Shown here: positions 1-6,783 of the stretch, piece after piece
Layout of the letters: each line of letters starts with the position of its first letter
How positions within the stretch are numbered: the first letter of the stretch is position 1
Assembly (NCBI GenBank): GCA_944372435.1
Contig: CALVZD010000002.1
Span: 1-52,173 of the forward strand
Direction of reading: 5' to 3'
DNA: 52,173 nucleotides
DNA from: an uncultured Clostridia bacterium
Lineage (GTDB): Bacteria; Bacillota; Clostridia; Christensenellales; UBA1242
Program-made: the position numbers and the translations under genes
The notes under the pieces: model-generated
Seen by the model: the letters and a program-made list of their open reading frames with translations, nothing else
Databases searched by the model: none
What the model was told of the DNA's origin: nothing

Positions 1-1
1 A

Positions 2-295
2 AAAAAATCGAGAGCAGAAAACTTAAACCTGCGTGGAACATTCAAACCTGTGATAATGAATTGCATAAAGCAAAAGCGGCCGCAACTCTATCCACTTTAT
101 GACGAGATTTACAACAAAGGAAATGACCTATATTGGCAAGCTTTGGACGCCGAACTACAACACTTTGCAAAAGAACAAGGTCTTGAATATAAAACTAATG
201 ATGATAGTTTTTTAAAGCCTTTTGAAGCAAAGCCAGTGATTGTAAATTATTTTTACCATAGCAAAATCAAAAAATCCGCACAAAAGAAACGCTAG
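2..295 (+). CDS. C-terminal fragment of a CDS running off the left edge; possibly the tail of an SPL/COG1533-type radical SAM protein
   Basis: The frame of ORF 50..295 stays open back to base 2 (KKSRAENLNLRGTFKPVIMNC...). The tail QLYPLYDEIY..G..YW resembles C-termini of radical-SAM photolyase-like proteins, from memory only. Confidence 0.4.
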   Translation, partial: KKSRAENLNLRGTFKPVIMNCIKQKRPQLYPLYDEIYNKGNDLYWQALDAELQHFAKEQGLEYKTNDDSFLKPFEAKPVIVNYFYHSKIKKSAQKKR

Positions 296-348
296 ATCAA
301 AATCGCTTTTATTTGCAACAAACTGCATCGGCAATTGTCCTTGTTTTG

Positions 349-377
349 TTGCAAATATTTTTGTTTTGTGCTAAAAT
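349..377 (+). promoter_or_regulatory. sigma-70-type promoter of the HIT-family gene
   Basis: TTGCAA (349-354), 17-nt spacer, TAAAAT (372-377) with a TGc extended -10. The ATG at 376 lies inside the -10, which argues for a CDS start at 412. Confidence 0.55.
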
Positions 378-411
378 GGTCGCAGGTAAGACAAAAACAA
401 AAGGAAAAAAT

Positions 412-900
412 ATGGAAGAAGAAAAACTTTTAAAACTGTCGGCTCGGGAATTGACTGATTTGGGAGTATGCCCAACCTGCCTGAATAGAAAATATAACGG
501 AGCGGTCTTTGGGGATGACAGCAAACTAAAACTTTACGAAGACGAAGATATCGAATGTCTGTTTGTCGGCAATCCAAGAGCAGTTGGACATATGATGATA
601 TCCACTCAAACGCATTATCATGATCTTAGCGAAGCGCCAGACGAATTAAACGCGAAAATAATAAAATTTGCCAAACAATTTATGATCATATTAAAGCAGA
701 CTTTTGGTTGCGAAAGAGTTTATCTCTGCACCATGAGTGACGGCCCTATGAATCACTATCATGTGCAGCTGATTCCGCGTTACAAAAACGAAGAGCGCGG
801 CTCTAAAAACTTTGTCAAGCCACGCAAACCATATGAGTTTGACGAAAAATCTTTTAATAAGGTGAAAGAGCTCATAAACCAATTTGTCACACACGAATAA
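412..900 (+). CDS. HIT-superfamily nucleotide hydrolase/transferase with an H-x-H-x-Q motif variant
   Basis: Within ORF 313..900. ATG 412 is preceded by AAGGAAAA. The motif NHYHVQLIPR sits near the C-terminus and the upstream GHMMIS..THYH core is typical of the HIT fold. Confidence 0.75.
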   Translation: MEEEKLLKLSARELTDLGVCPTCLNRKYNGAVFGDDSKLKLYEDEDIECLFVGNPRAVGHMMISTQTHYHDLSEAPDELNAKIIKFAKQFMIILKQTFGCERVYLCTMSDGPMNHYHVQLIPRYKNEERGSKNFVKPRKPYEFDEKSFNKVKELINQFVTHE

Positions 901-1073
901 AGCGCTTTTAGCAGTTTATTTTTACAAACAGTTTTTTTCAACCATCTTGCAACCGACACCGATTTACTTTTAAAAATTGCCAAGTGATGAAAATGTTTTG
1001 CTTTTAATGCGTTTTTATTGGCAAAATTTGTAAAATTTGGTATACTAAAATCGAAACTAATGAAGGAGCTGGT

Positions 1074-2354
1074 ATGGTTTATTTGTTTTTTGCAGGATAT
1101 GTCGCAATTTTGATAATTTCGATGGTGCTGTATCTGCCTAAACTTTTCCAGATTTTTTCTGCGCACAAAAAACCAACCAAAAAAATTGCAAAGGCCAAAA
1201 GAAAAATAGCTTTGGTCATCCCTGCTCGCAACGAAAGCAAAATCATCGGCGATCTGTTCGACTCGATCAAAAAACAAACATATGGCAGAGATTTTTTCGA
1301 TATTCATGTGCTGGTAAAAGACCCTAACGACCCAACGATAGAAATGGCTGAGGATATCGGCGCAGAGCTTTTTGTTTGCACCACACAAAAGTGCAAAGGC
1401 GATGTTTTGCATGATTTTTTCGAAAAGCTGCTGCAAGGTGACATAAAAAAATATGAGGCGTTCGCCATCGTCGATGCCGATGCCGTTTTGACCGAAAATT
1501 ATTTGGAAGAGCTGAACAATGCGCTCGAATATGACTGCGACGTTTTTCAAACGCGAAAACTCATCAAAAACTTTTTGGGAGACAAAAACTCAAGATCATT
1601 CATCAGCAACTCGTCGGCACTCATCTACCCTATCATCGACGATATGAGCAACAATTTTAAAAGCACCAAAAACCTGCCATTAAATTTGTGTGGACAAGGC
1701 TTGATGATCAGACGAAAAGTCATAGAAGAGAAAAACGGTTGGCACTACAAAAGTTTGACCGAGGACTATGAGCTCAGGATGGACAGCGTGCTGCACAACT
1801 TTAAGGCGATGTATTATCCATATGCAGCACTTTATACCGAAGAAGTTGTTACATACAAAGAAAACATCAAGCGCAAAATGCGCTGGCTTGTTGGGCGCGC
1901 TCAATGCGACAACCTTTACGGTGACAAGATCAAAGAAAAGCTAAAAGGCAAAAAGCCGTCGCTGCTGTTGAAATTTGACCTTTACTATTACAGCGTGGCG
2001 ATATTTGTTTTTTTGATCAGCACAGTTTTGATGGCAATTTTTGGAGTGCTGCTAACAGCTTATCTCATCACACTTGGAAACCTGCAATGGATCGCGTCGC
2101 TATTTTTGCTTGTCATCATCCCGCTGCTGATGCCATATCTGCTGCTGTGGTGTTTTTCGCTGATTGCGATGATCCACTATCGCGACGCGTTTTCAAAAAT
2201 CACTCTGCAAGAAAAGATTGCAACGCTCTTCTACTCCCCTTTCAACCTGTTCGAATTTGCGCCGCTATATCTGCGAGCTAACATTGTTGCAAAAAGGCAA
2301 TTTGAGTGGACTCAGACAGAACGCGTAGAATATGACAAACAAAAAAACGGTTGA
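1074..2354 (+). CDS. Family 2 glycosyltransferase, membrane-embedded (COG1215-like)
   Basis: GGAG RBS lies before the ATG. N-terminal TM helix, LVIPARNES, IVDADAVL (DxD) and RKMRWLVG motifs, and several C-terminal TM helices. Confidence 0.8.
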   Translation: MVYLFFAGYVAILIISMVLYLPKLFQIFSAHKKPTKKIAKAKRKIALVIPARNESKIIGDLFDSIKKQTYGRDFFDIHVLVKDPNDPTIEMAEDIGAELFVCTTQKCKGDVLHDFFEKLLQGDIKKYEAFAIVDADAVLTENYLEELNNALEYDCDVFQTRKLIKNFLGDKNSRSFISNSSALIYPIIDDMSNNFKSTKNLPLNLCGQGLMIRRKVIEEKNGWHYKSLTEDYELRMDSVLHNFKAMYYPYAALYTEEVVTYKENIKRKMRWLVGRAQCDNLYGDKIKEKLKGKKPSLLLKFDLYYYSVAIFVFLISTVLMAIFGVLLTAYLITLGNLQWIASLFLLVIIPLLMPYLLLWCFSLIAMIHYRDAFSKITLQEKIATLFYSPFNLFEFAPLYLRANIVAKRQFEWTQTERVEYDKQKNG

Positions 2355-2376
2355 AAAATAATTTCAACCGTTTTTA
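2348..2376 (+). terminator. Rho-independent terminator of the GT2 gene
   Basis: CGGTTGAAA-aataa-TTTCAACCG 9-bp stem overlapping the stop codon, followed by TTTTT. Confidence 0.8.
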
Positions 2377-2883
2377 TTGCTAAAAGTTTGTCAAATCCTC
2401 TAAAACTTGGGCGATGTTTTCGGAGAAAATTGTGGTGCGGCGTTTTTAGCCCTTCAACAATGAAAAAACCTCCTGCAAGGGTCTTAAACTGTGCAGAAGG
2501 TTTTAATATGACTGTTTGAAAATCGGTGTTTATTTTTTGCGATTTTTGTCAAAGAAAGCGAAGGGGTTTGGTTTAAAGAGCTTGATGGGCAATCGTTTTT
2601 GGTGGCAGAAAACCTCGGAATTTGGGACGATGTGATAGCGAAATTTTTGCCTAAATCAAAGTTTTTTCCGCAAGCAATGGACAACCTTTATGAAATAATA
2701 AACGCCTCGACTATACCAAATTTTTCGACAAATGTCACACTGCCTTTGCGCTCTGAAATTGACAGGGTGAGTTTGCCGATTTTGGACAGCGAGGCTTCTG
2801 TTGACTTTTGCTTAATTTGCCAGAATGCAAACAAATCAAAATTAAAAAAACTGCTCGGCTTTGTTAAAGGAAAGTAAAGCACG

Positions 2884-2959
2884 CGGCGAAAGCTGCGAGC
2901 GAGCGCGCGAGCGGCACGCGCGGAGCGCGGGTGGTGCCTGTCAAGGCTTGCTTTCGCCG
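2884..2959. repeat. GC-rich long-range palindromic element (outer stem CGGCGAAAGC / GCTTTCGCCG)
   Basis: A 10-bp outer inverted repeat encloses about 56 nt of very GC-rich sequence (GCGAGCGAGCGCGCGAGCGG...). It lies just downstream of dapF. The outer-stem consensus is shared with the elements at 5475, 29504 and 31975. Confidence 0.7.
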
Positions 2960-2961
2960 GG

Positions 2962-3777
2962 TTAGAGACTTAGACCAAGGTTTTTCAAATCCAACTCTCC
3001 TGACCCCATATACTGACTTTCTCCGGTCAACGTTGCACATTTTGCAGCATCAATTTTTACGCCTAGCGTTCCCCCAGGAAAATGTATTTGATAGGAGCTT
3101 TCACGCTTTCCGTCAAGTTTGTTCAGCACTCTTGCGATCGCGGTGGCTCCTGTTCCGCAGGCAAGAGTCTCTCCACTCCCCCTTTCAAACACGCGAGCCA
3201 GAACATCTTCTCCTTGACGTTTAACAAACTCCACATTGACATTGCCGTTGTATCGGCGCTGCAACTCCTCGGTTATATGCGGAAATTTTTCAGGCACCAA
3301 ATTTTCGGCAAAGCACACAGCATGAATGTTGCCGGTTCTGACGATATAATACATCATTCGTTCATTAAGACAATCAAAGTAAACAAAATGCTCCTCTGGC
3401 TCACAAGGCCTGCCCATGGAAACAGAAGTGATCGCATTAAAGCCATCGTTTTCTAAAATTTTTACATTTTTGACGCCAGAGAGAGTGTCAACACTGATTT
3501 CTGGGGCGTTTGGCCGATAGTTGTGTTGAAAATATTGCGCCACACACCTCACTCCATTGCCGCACATTTTGGCCTGACTTCCATCTGCGTTGTAAATATC
3601 CATCGAGCAATCTGCGCGATAACTGTTGCCGATGATTATTATGCCGTCGGAACCTATTCCCGTCTCTCGATCGCAAATTTGCGGGGCAAGCTTTGCAGGG
3701 TCAAATTCAACAAGCTGATAGACTCTGTCAAAAAAGATATAATCGTTGCCTGCGCCGTTCATTTTAAAGTATTTCAT
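2962..3777 (-). CDS. dapF: Diaminopimelate epimerase
   Basis: MNGAGNDYIFFD N-terminus. Two catalytic Cys motifs, MCGNGVRC and LACGTGA. GAGGTG RBS. Confidence 0.9.
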   Translation of the reverse strand: MKYFKMNGAGNDYIFFDRVYQLVEFDPAKLAPQICDRETGIGSDGIIIIGNSYRADCSMDIYNADGSQAKMCGNGVRCVAQYFQHNYRPNAPEISVDTLSGVKNVKILENDGFNAITSVSMGRPCEPEEHFVYFDCLNERMMYYIVRTGNIHAVCFAENLVPEKFPHITEELQRRYNGNVNVEFVKRQGEDVLARVFERGSGETLACGTGATAIARVLNKLDGKRESSYQIHFPGGTLGVKIDAAKCATLTGESQYMGSGELDLKNLGLSL

Positions 3778-3858
3778 AGTTCACCTCTTCTAATTATGTA
3801 TGCGCGCGAAAGGTGAAAAATGCTAATAAAATTTTTGCGAGAAATTTGCAAAAAACAT

Positions 3859-3887
3859 TTGACAATTGCTTTGATATGTTCTATAAT
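3859..3887 (+). promoter_or_regulatory. Consensus sigma-70 promoter of tRNA-Leu
   Basis: TTGACA (3859-3864), 17-nt spacer, TATAAT (3882-3887), about 10 nt before the tRNA 5' end. Confidence 0.8.
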
Positions 3888-3897
3888 ATACATGCTT

Positions 3898-3979
3898 GCG
3901 AGTGTGGCGGAATGGCAGACGCGCACGTTTAAGGGGCGTGTTCGAAAGAGTGTGGGTTCAAGTCCCACCACTCGCACCA
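3898..3979 (+). tRNA. tRNA-Leu, anticodon AAG, class II, CCA encoded
   Basis: Manual cloverleaf. Acceptor GCGAGTG/CACTCGC. 3-bp D stem GCG/CGC. Anticodon stem CACGT/GCGTG with loop TTAAGGG. Variable arm TTC-GAAA-GAG. T arm GTGGG-TTCAAGT-CCCAC. Discriminator A followed by CCA. Confidence 0.85.
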
Positions 3980-3985
3980 GCGGCG

Positions 3986-4012
3986 AAGAGAGTTGAAAGA
4001 GCTCTCTTTTTT
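3986..4012 (+). terminator. Rho-independent terminator after tRNA-Leu
   Basis: AGAGAG...CTCTCT stem followed by TTTTTT. Confidence 0.7.
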
Positions 4013-4029
4013 ATGTTAAAAACCTTTGC

Positions 4030-4046
4030 GGGACTTGAACGGGCGG
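4030..4046 (+). repeat. Repeat C, copy 1 (GGGACTTGAACGGGCGG)
   Basis: 17/17 identical to 5855-5871. Its reverse complement (ccgcccGTTCAAGTCCC) resembles the tRNA-Leu T-loop segment. Confidence 0.8.
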
Positions 4047-4080
4047 AAAAGCGAAGGCAACTGTGTTTGCGTTCGCCCGC

Positions 4081-4149
4081 CCCGGCGTGATAGCGGCTCA
4101 GCTAGCCTTGACGAGGCATTCCGCGGAGCAAGTCCCACCACTCGCACCA
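4081..4149 (+). repeat. Repeat A, copy 1: a tRNA-Leu 3'-end fragment embedded in a 69-nt unit
   Basis: Shares CCCGGCGTGATAGCGGC and GCATTCCGCGGAGCAAGTCCCACCACTCGCACCA with 5407-5474. The last 21 nt are identical to tRNA positions 3959-3979. The central 18 nt are unrelated between the copies. Confidence 0.85.
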
Positions 4150-4155
4150 AACAAA

Positions 4156-4309
4156 AATAATCCGAGAACTTTGTTCGAGGATTTTTTTGTTTGTACTTTT
4201 ATTTCTTCTTTTTTCGTTTTTCTTTTTTCTTCTCGTCGGATTATTTTTGAAATAAAAAATAAGAAAGAAGAAAGAAAAGTTGCGGTTGGGTTTTTAAGCG
4301 CCAAACGAA
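4156..4309 (+). repeat. Repeat B, copy 1 (about 150 nt)
   Basis: Near-identical to 5621-5768. Begins with a terminator-like hairpin (AATCC..GAAC ttt GTTC..GGATT plus T7), followed by an imperfect pyrimidine-run / purine-run hairpin around TTATTTTTgaaATAAAAAATAA. Confidence 0.8.
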
Positions 4310-4318
4310 TAGAACAAC

Positions 4319-4357
4319 AAAGAGAGAAGTCCAATCCAAGCTTCTCTCTTTTGTTTT
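4319..4357. terminator. Bidirectional-looking hairpin terminator
   Basis: AGAGAGAAG (4321-4329) pairs with CTTCTCTCT (4341-4349). A/T runs flank both sides. Confidence 0.55.
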
Positions 4358-4411
4358 GAAATTTGACGGTTGCATGATATACTATTTAATAATTAAAGAG
4401 GTAAATCTAGT

Positions 4412-5401
4412 ATGAAAGTTGTTATTGACAAAAGAACTGAATTTATGGGCATAGTTTTGATGTTAAGCAAATATAATCAAAAATATGAATTTTTTAAAAA
4501 TGACTATTCAAACGAAGAATATATCAACGATATAATACAATGGTTCGAAAAATACAAAAATGACGAATTTATTAAATTGACTAATGAAATCATAGACAAA
4601 TATAAAAATTTTAATTATTCAACACCTCTCGATTTGGTTTTGAGGTATTTTGACACAAATTTCAATCATGTTGAAAATGCTGACAAACCTGAATATTTTG
4701 ATATATTAAATGAAAGATTAATACAAAAATTTTTGTGTGAGCTTCCGCGTTTTGCAAATAGAACAAAATTTGAAAAGTTTTACAAGAACCATTCTAATTT
4801 TTACAATAAGTGCATTGATTTTCAACAGAAATATTTGCAAGAACTTCCTTTGAGTATTGAAGAATATTTTTTAAATTTTTATGGCGTAGAAAAATCTCCA
4901 AATACATGGTGCAACTTGTTGTTAACAAACAGTTGTAGCGGTGGTTTTGGCATAGAAATTAATGGCATATTATATCCCTCATTAATTGTGGATTTCAAAG
5001 GCGAAAAACAATTTCCTTGCTCAGAGGCATTTTTATTTCACGAAATGAGTCACCCCGTTATCAATCCATTAACCAACAAATATTTAAAAGGAAAGGTAGA
5101 AACAAAATTAAAAATTCAGCATTATGGAAAAATTCAATCAATCATCAACGACAGCATAATTCGTGCGGCTGAAATTATTTTATACAAACATATGCAATAT
5201 TCAACTGAATTTATTGAAAGAAGAATAAATATGGAAAAAGCCCAAGGTTTTGAGCATATCGAAAAAGTTGTTGCTTGCCTCGAAGTCTATTCAAGCCATC
5301 AAGAAAAATATCCAAACATAGAATTTTTTTTCCCAACATTGCTTGAAACTGTGGTTGATTTAATAAAACCTAATGATAAAGAATTTAAACAAGTAAAGTA
5401 A
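4412..5401 (+). CDS. Hypothetical HExxH protein, putative zinc metallopeptidase (possibly DUF4932-like)
   Basis: AAAGAGG RBS. 329 aa with no signal peptide. The motif FLFHEMSHPVINP contains HEMSH. Very AT-rich, with Lys/Asn/Tyr/Phe-rich composition. Confidence 0.7.
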   Translation: MKVVIDKRTEFMGIVLMLSKYNQKYEFFKNDYSNEEYINDIIQWFEKYKNDEFIKLTNEIIDKYKNFNYSTPLDLVLRYFDTNFNHVENADKPEYFDILNERLIQKFLCELPRFANRTKFEKFYKNHSNFYNKCIDFQQKYLQELPLSIEEYFLNFYGVEKSPNTWCNLLLTNSCSGGFGIEINGILYPSLIVDFKGEKQFPCSEAFLFHEMSHPVINPLTNKYLKGKVETKLKIQHYGKIQSIINDSIIRAAEIILYKHMQYSTEFIERRINMEKAQGFEHIEKVVACLEVYSSHQEKYPNIEFFFPTLLETVVDLIKPNDKEFKQVK

Positions 5402-5406
5402 GTTTT

Positions 5407-5474
5407 CCCGGCGTGATAGCGGCATTGCTGACCTGCCATGGCATTCCGCGGAGCAAGTCCCACCACTCGCACCA
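5407..5474 (+). repeat. Repeat A, copy 2: a tRNA-Leu 3'-end fragment
   Basis: Same conserved arms as 4081-4149. The 21-nt tRNA 3' end is followed by GCGGCGAA, the same 8 nt that follow the real tRNA at 3980-3987. Confidence 0.85.
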
Positions 5475-5552
5475 GCGGCGAAAACGGCATTTTTGCTTGT
5501 TTTCGCTTTTTTTAAAAGCGAAAAGCTGCGCGCTTACATTTGTTTTCGCCGC
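5475..5552. repeat. Nested palindromic element (outer stem GCGGCGAAAAC / GTTTTCGCCGC)
   Basis: An 11-bp outer inverted repeat encloses a perfect 11-3-11 palindrome, TTTTCGCTTTT-TTT-AAAAGCGAAAA (5500-5524). Confidence 0.75.
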
Positions 5553-5555
5553 CTC

Positions 5556-5600
5556 TCGCGACCAAACGCAACTCGCACTTCGTTGGCGAGTTGGTCGCGA
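5556..5600. repeat. Long bulged hairpin (15 bp)
   Basis: TCGCGAC..CAACTCGC pairs with GCGAGTTG-GTCGCGA. The left arm has a 6-nt bulge and the loop is 9 nt. No T-run follows. Confidence 0.65.
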
Positions 5601-5620
5601 CTTAATAAGGTTTAATTTTA

Positions 5621-5768
5621 AATAATCCAAGAACTTTGTTCGAGGATTTTTTTGTTTGTACTTTTATTTTTTATTTTTTCATTTTTCGTTTTCTCGGATT
5701 ATTTTTGAAATAAAAAATAAGAAAGAAGAAAGAAAAGTTGCGGTTGGGTTTTTCAAGCGCCAAACGAA
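5621..5768 (+). repeat. Repeat B, copy 2
   Basis: Aligns with 4156-4309, with a few substitutions and small indels in the pyrimidine run. Confidence 0.8.
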
Positions 5769-5854
5769 AATGTCAAAGGCATTTTGCGCTTACTCTCGTG
5801 CGAAGAAAAAGGTTCCAAGAAAAGCGGTTGTTTTTTATATCAAATATATTTATT

Positions 5855-5871
5855 GGGACTTGAACGGGCGG
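5855..5871 (+). repeat. Repeat C, copy 2
   Basis: GGGACTTGAACGGGCGG, identical to 4030-4046. Confidence 0.8.
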
Positions 5872-5895
5872 TCAAGAAAAGTTTTGCCGTAAAAT

Positions 5896-6663
5896 TCAAT
5901 CTAATTTAAGTTCATCAACTGGTGGTACGTTTTTTCTGCGACTATTGTATTTTTCCAATCCTTTCAAACGTTTTTCGCAATTTTGCTTTTCTACTAACTG
6001 ACACAAGTTTGATGTTTCATAATATATCTTGTAAGTAATAGTGTTTAACAAATTTTCAAGTTGTTTTTTTTCGTTTTTAATTTGACAAACATTTATTTTG
6101 TCCTTCAATCTTTGTCTTATATCATTATATAAATATTTTGTAAGGTGGTATTCCCAAAACAAGTCGGTTGGAAGCGTTTTAAATTCCTCTGGATTTTCTT
6201 TAAGATTTAAAATTTTCCCATTAAAATTCTTTGGCAATTTGCTAATTTTCATATTATTGTCTTCAACAAATACGAATCGCAAGTTTTTGCCACCTTCTAA
6301 CCAATTTAATGATTTACAATATTTAAAAATATCACCATAAATCCATTCAATAGAATCTGGTAAATATAATTTTTCTAATTTGTCACACCCTTCAAAAGTG
6401 TTAGCCCAAAAGCCTTTTAATCCTTCTGGAAACCTGACATCTTTCAAATTAATGCAATTTGCAAATGCATGCTGACCTATATATTCAATCCCAACTGGCA
6501 ATTCGGCTTTTTCTAAAAAATCATACCCTTTAAAAGCTTCATCACTGATCTCCGCGATGTTTTGCCAAGGCCAATAAAGTCCACCGCCATTTAACTTAAT
6601 TTCCTTTTTGCTTCGCATATAAGTGTCAATAACTTTTCTTGGAGTTAACGTATCATCAATCAT
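5896..6663 (-). CDS. BspA-type leucine-rich-repeat (LRR_5-like) protein with a coiled C-terminal half
   Basis: AAGGTG RBS. Repeats of the type IEYIGQHAFANCINLKDVRFPEGL / FWANTFEGCDKLEKLYLPDSI / IYGDIFKYCKSLNWL. No signal peptide. AT-rich. Confidence 0.7.
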   Translation of the reverse strand: MIDDTLTPRKVIDTYMRSKKEIKLNGGGLYWPWQNIAEISDEAFKGYDFLEKAELPVGIEYIGQHAFANCINLKDVRFPEGLKGFWANTFEGCDKLEKLYLPDSIEWIYGDIFKYCKSLNWLEGGKNLRFVFVEDNNMKISKLPKNFNGKILNLKENPEEFKTLPTDLFWEYHLTKYLYNDIRQRLKDKINVCQIKNEKKQLENLLNTITYKIYYETSNLCQLVEKQNCEKRLKGLEKYNSRRKNVPPVDELKLD

Positions 6664-6783
6664 AATTCACCTTCTTTAATAATTTTACTTTATAATGATT
6701 GATTTGTCAAGATTTATATAAAATAAAATATTTGACATATTTAAGAAATAATGTTATAAATAAAAATATATGAGGTGCAAATT

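Noticed and set aside
4081-4149. Repeat A copies as genuine tRNA genes, tRNA halves or a tmRNA 3' domain.
   Set aside because: No 5' acceptor strand complementary to CACTCGC is present upstream. The T-stem 5' strand is not complementary (CGGAG versus CCCAC). No tag-reading-frame or tmRNA 5' GGGG motif is visible. They are tRNA 3'-end fragments only.
4063-4359. ORFs 4063-4359 and 5656-5892 share the peptide ...IIFEIKNKKEERKVAVGF..., which could suggest a duplicated small protein.
   Set aside because: The shared peptide is simply the translation of repeat B. There is no RBS. The frames start with alternative codons inside repeat A or the hairpins, and the sequence is a pyrimidine-run / purine-run hairpin rather than coding-like.
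4030-5871. The A/B/C repeats as a CRISPR array.
   Set aside because: Each unit has only two copies, the unit lengths are 17, 69 and 150 nt, the spacing is irregular, and a protein-coding gene lies between them. No cas genes are present in the window.
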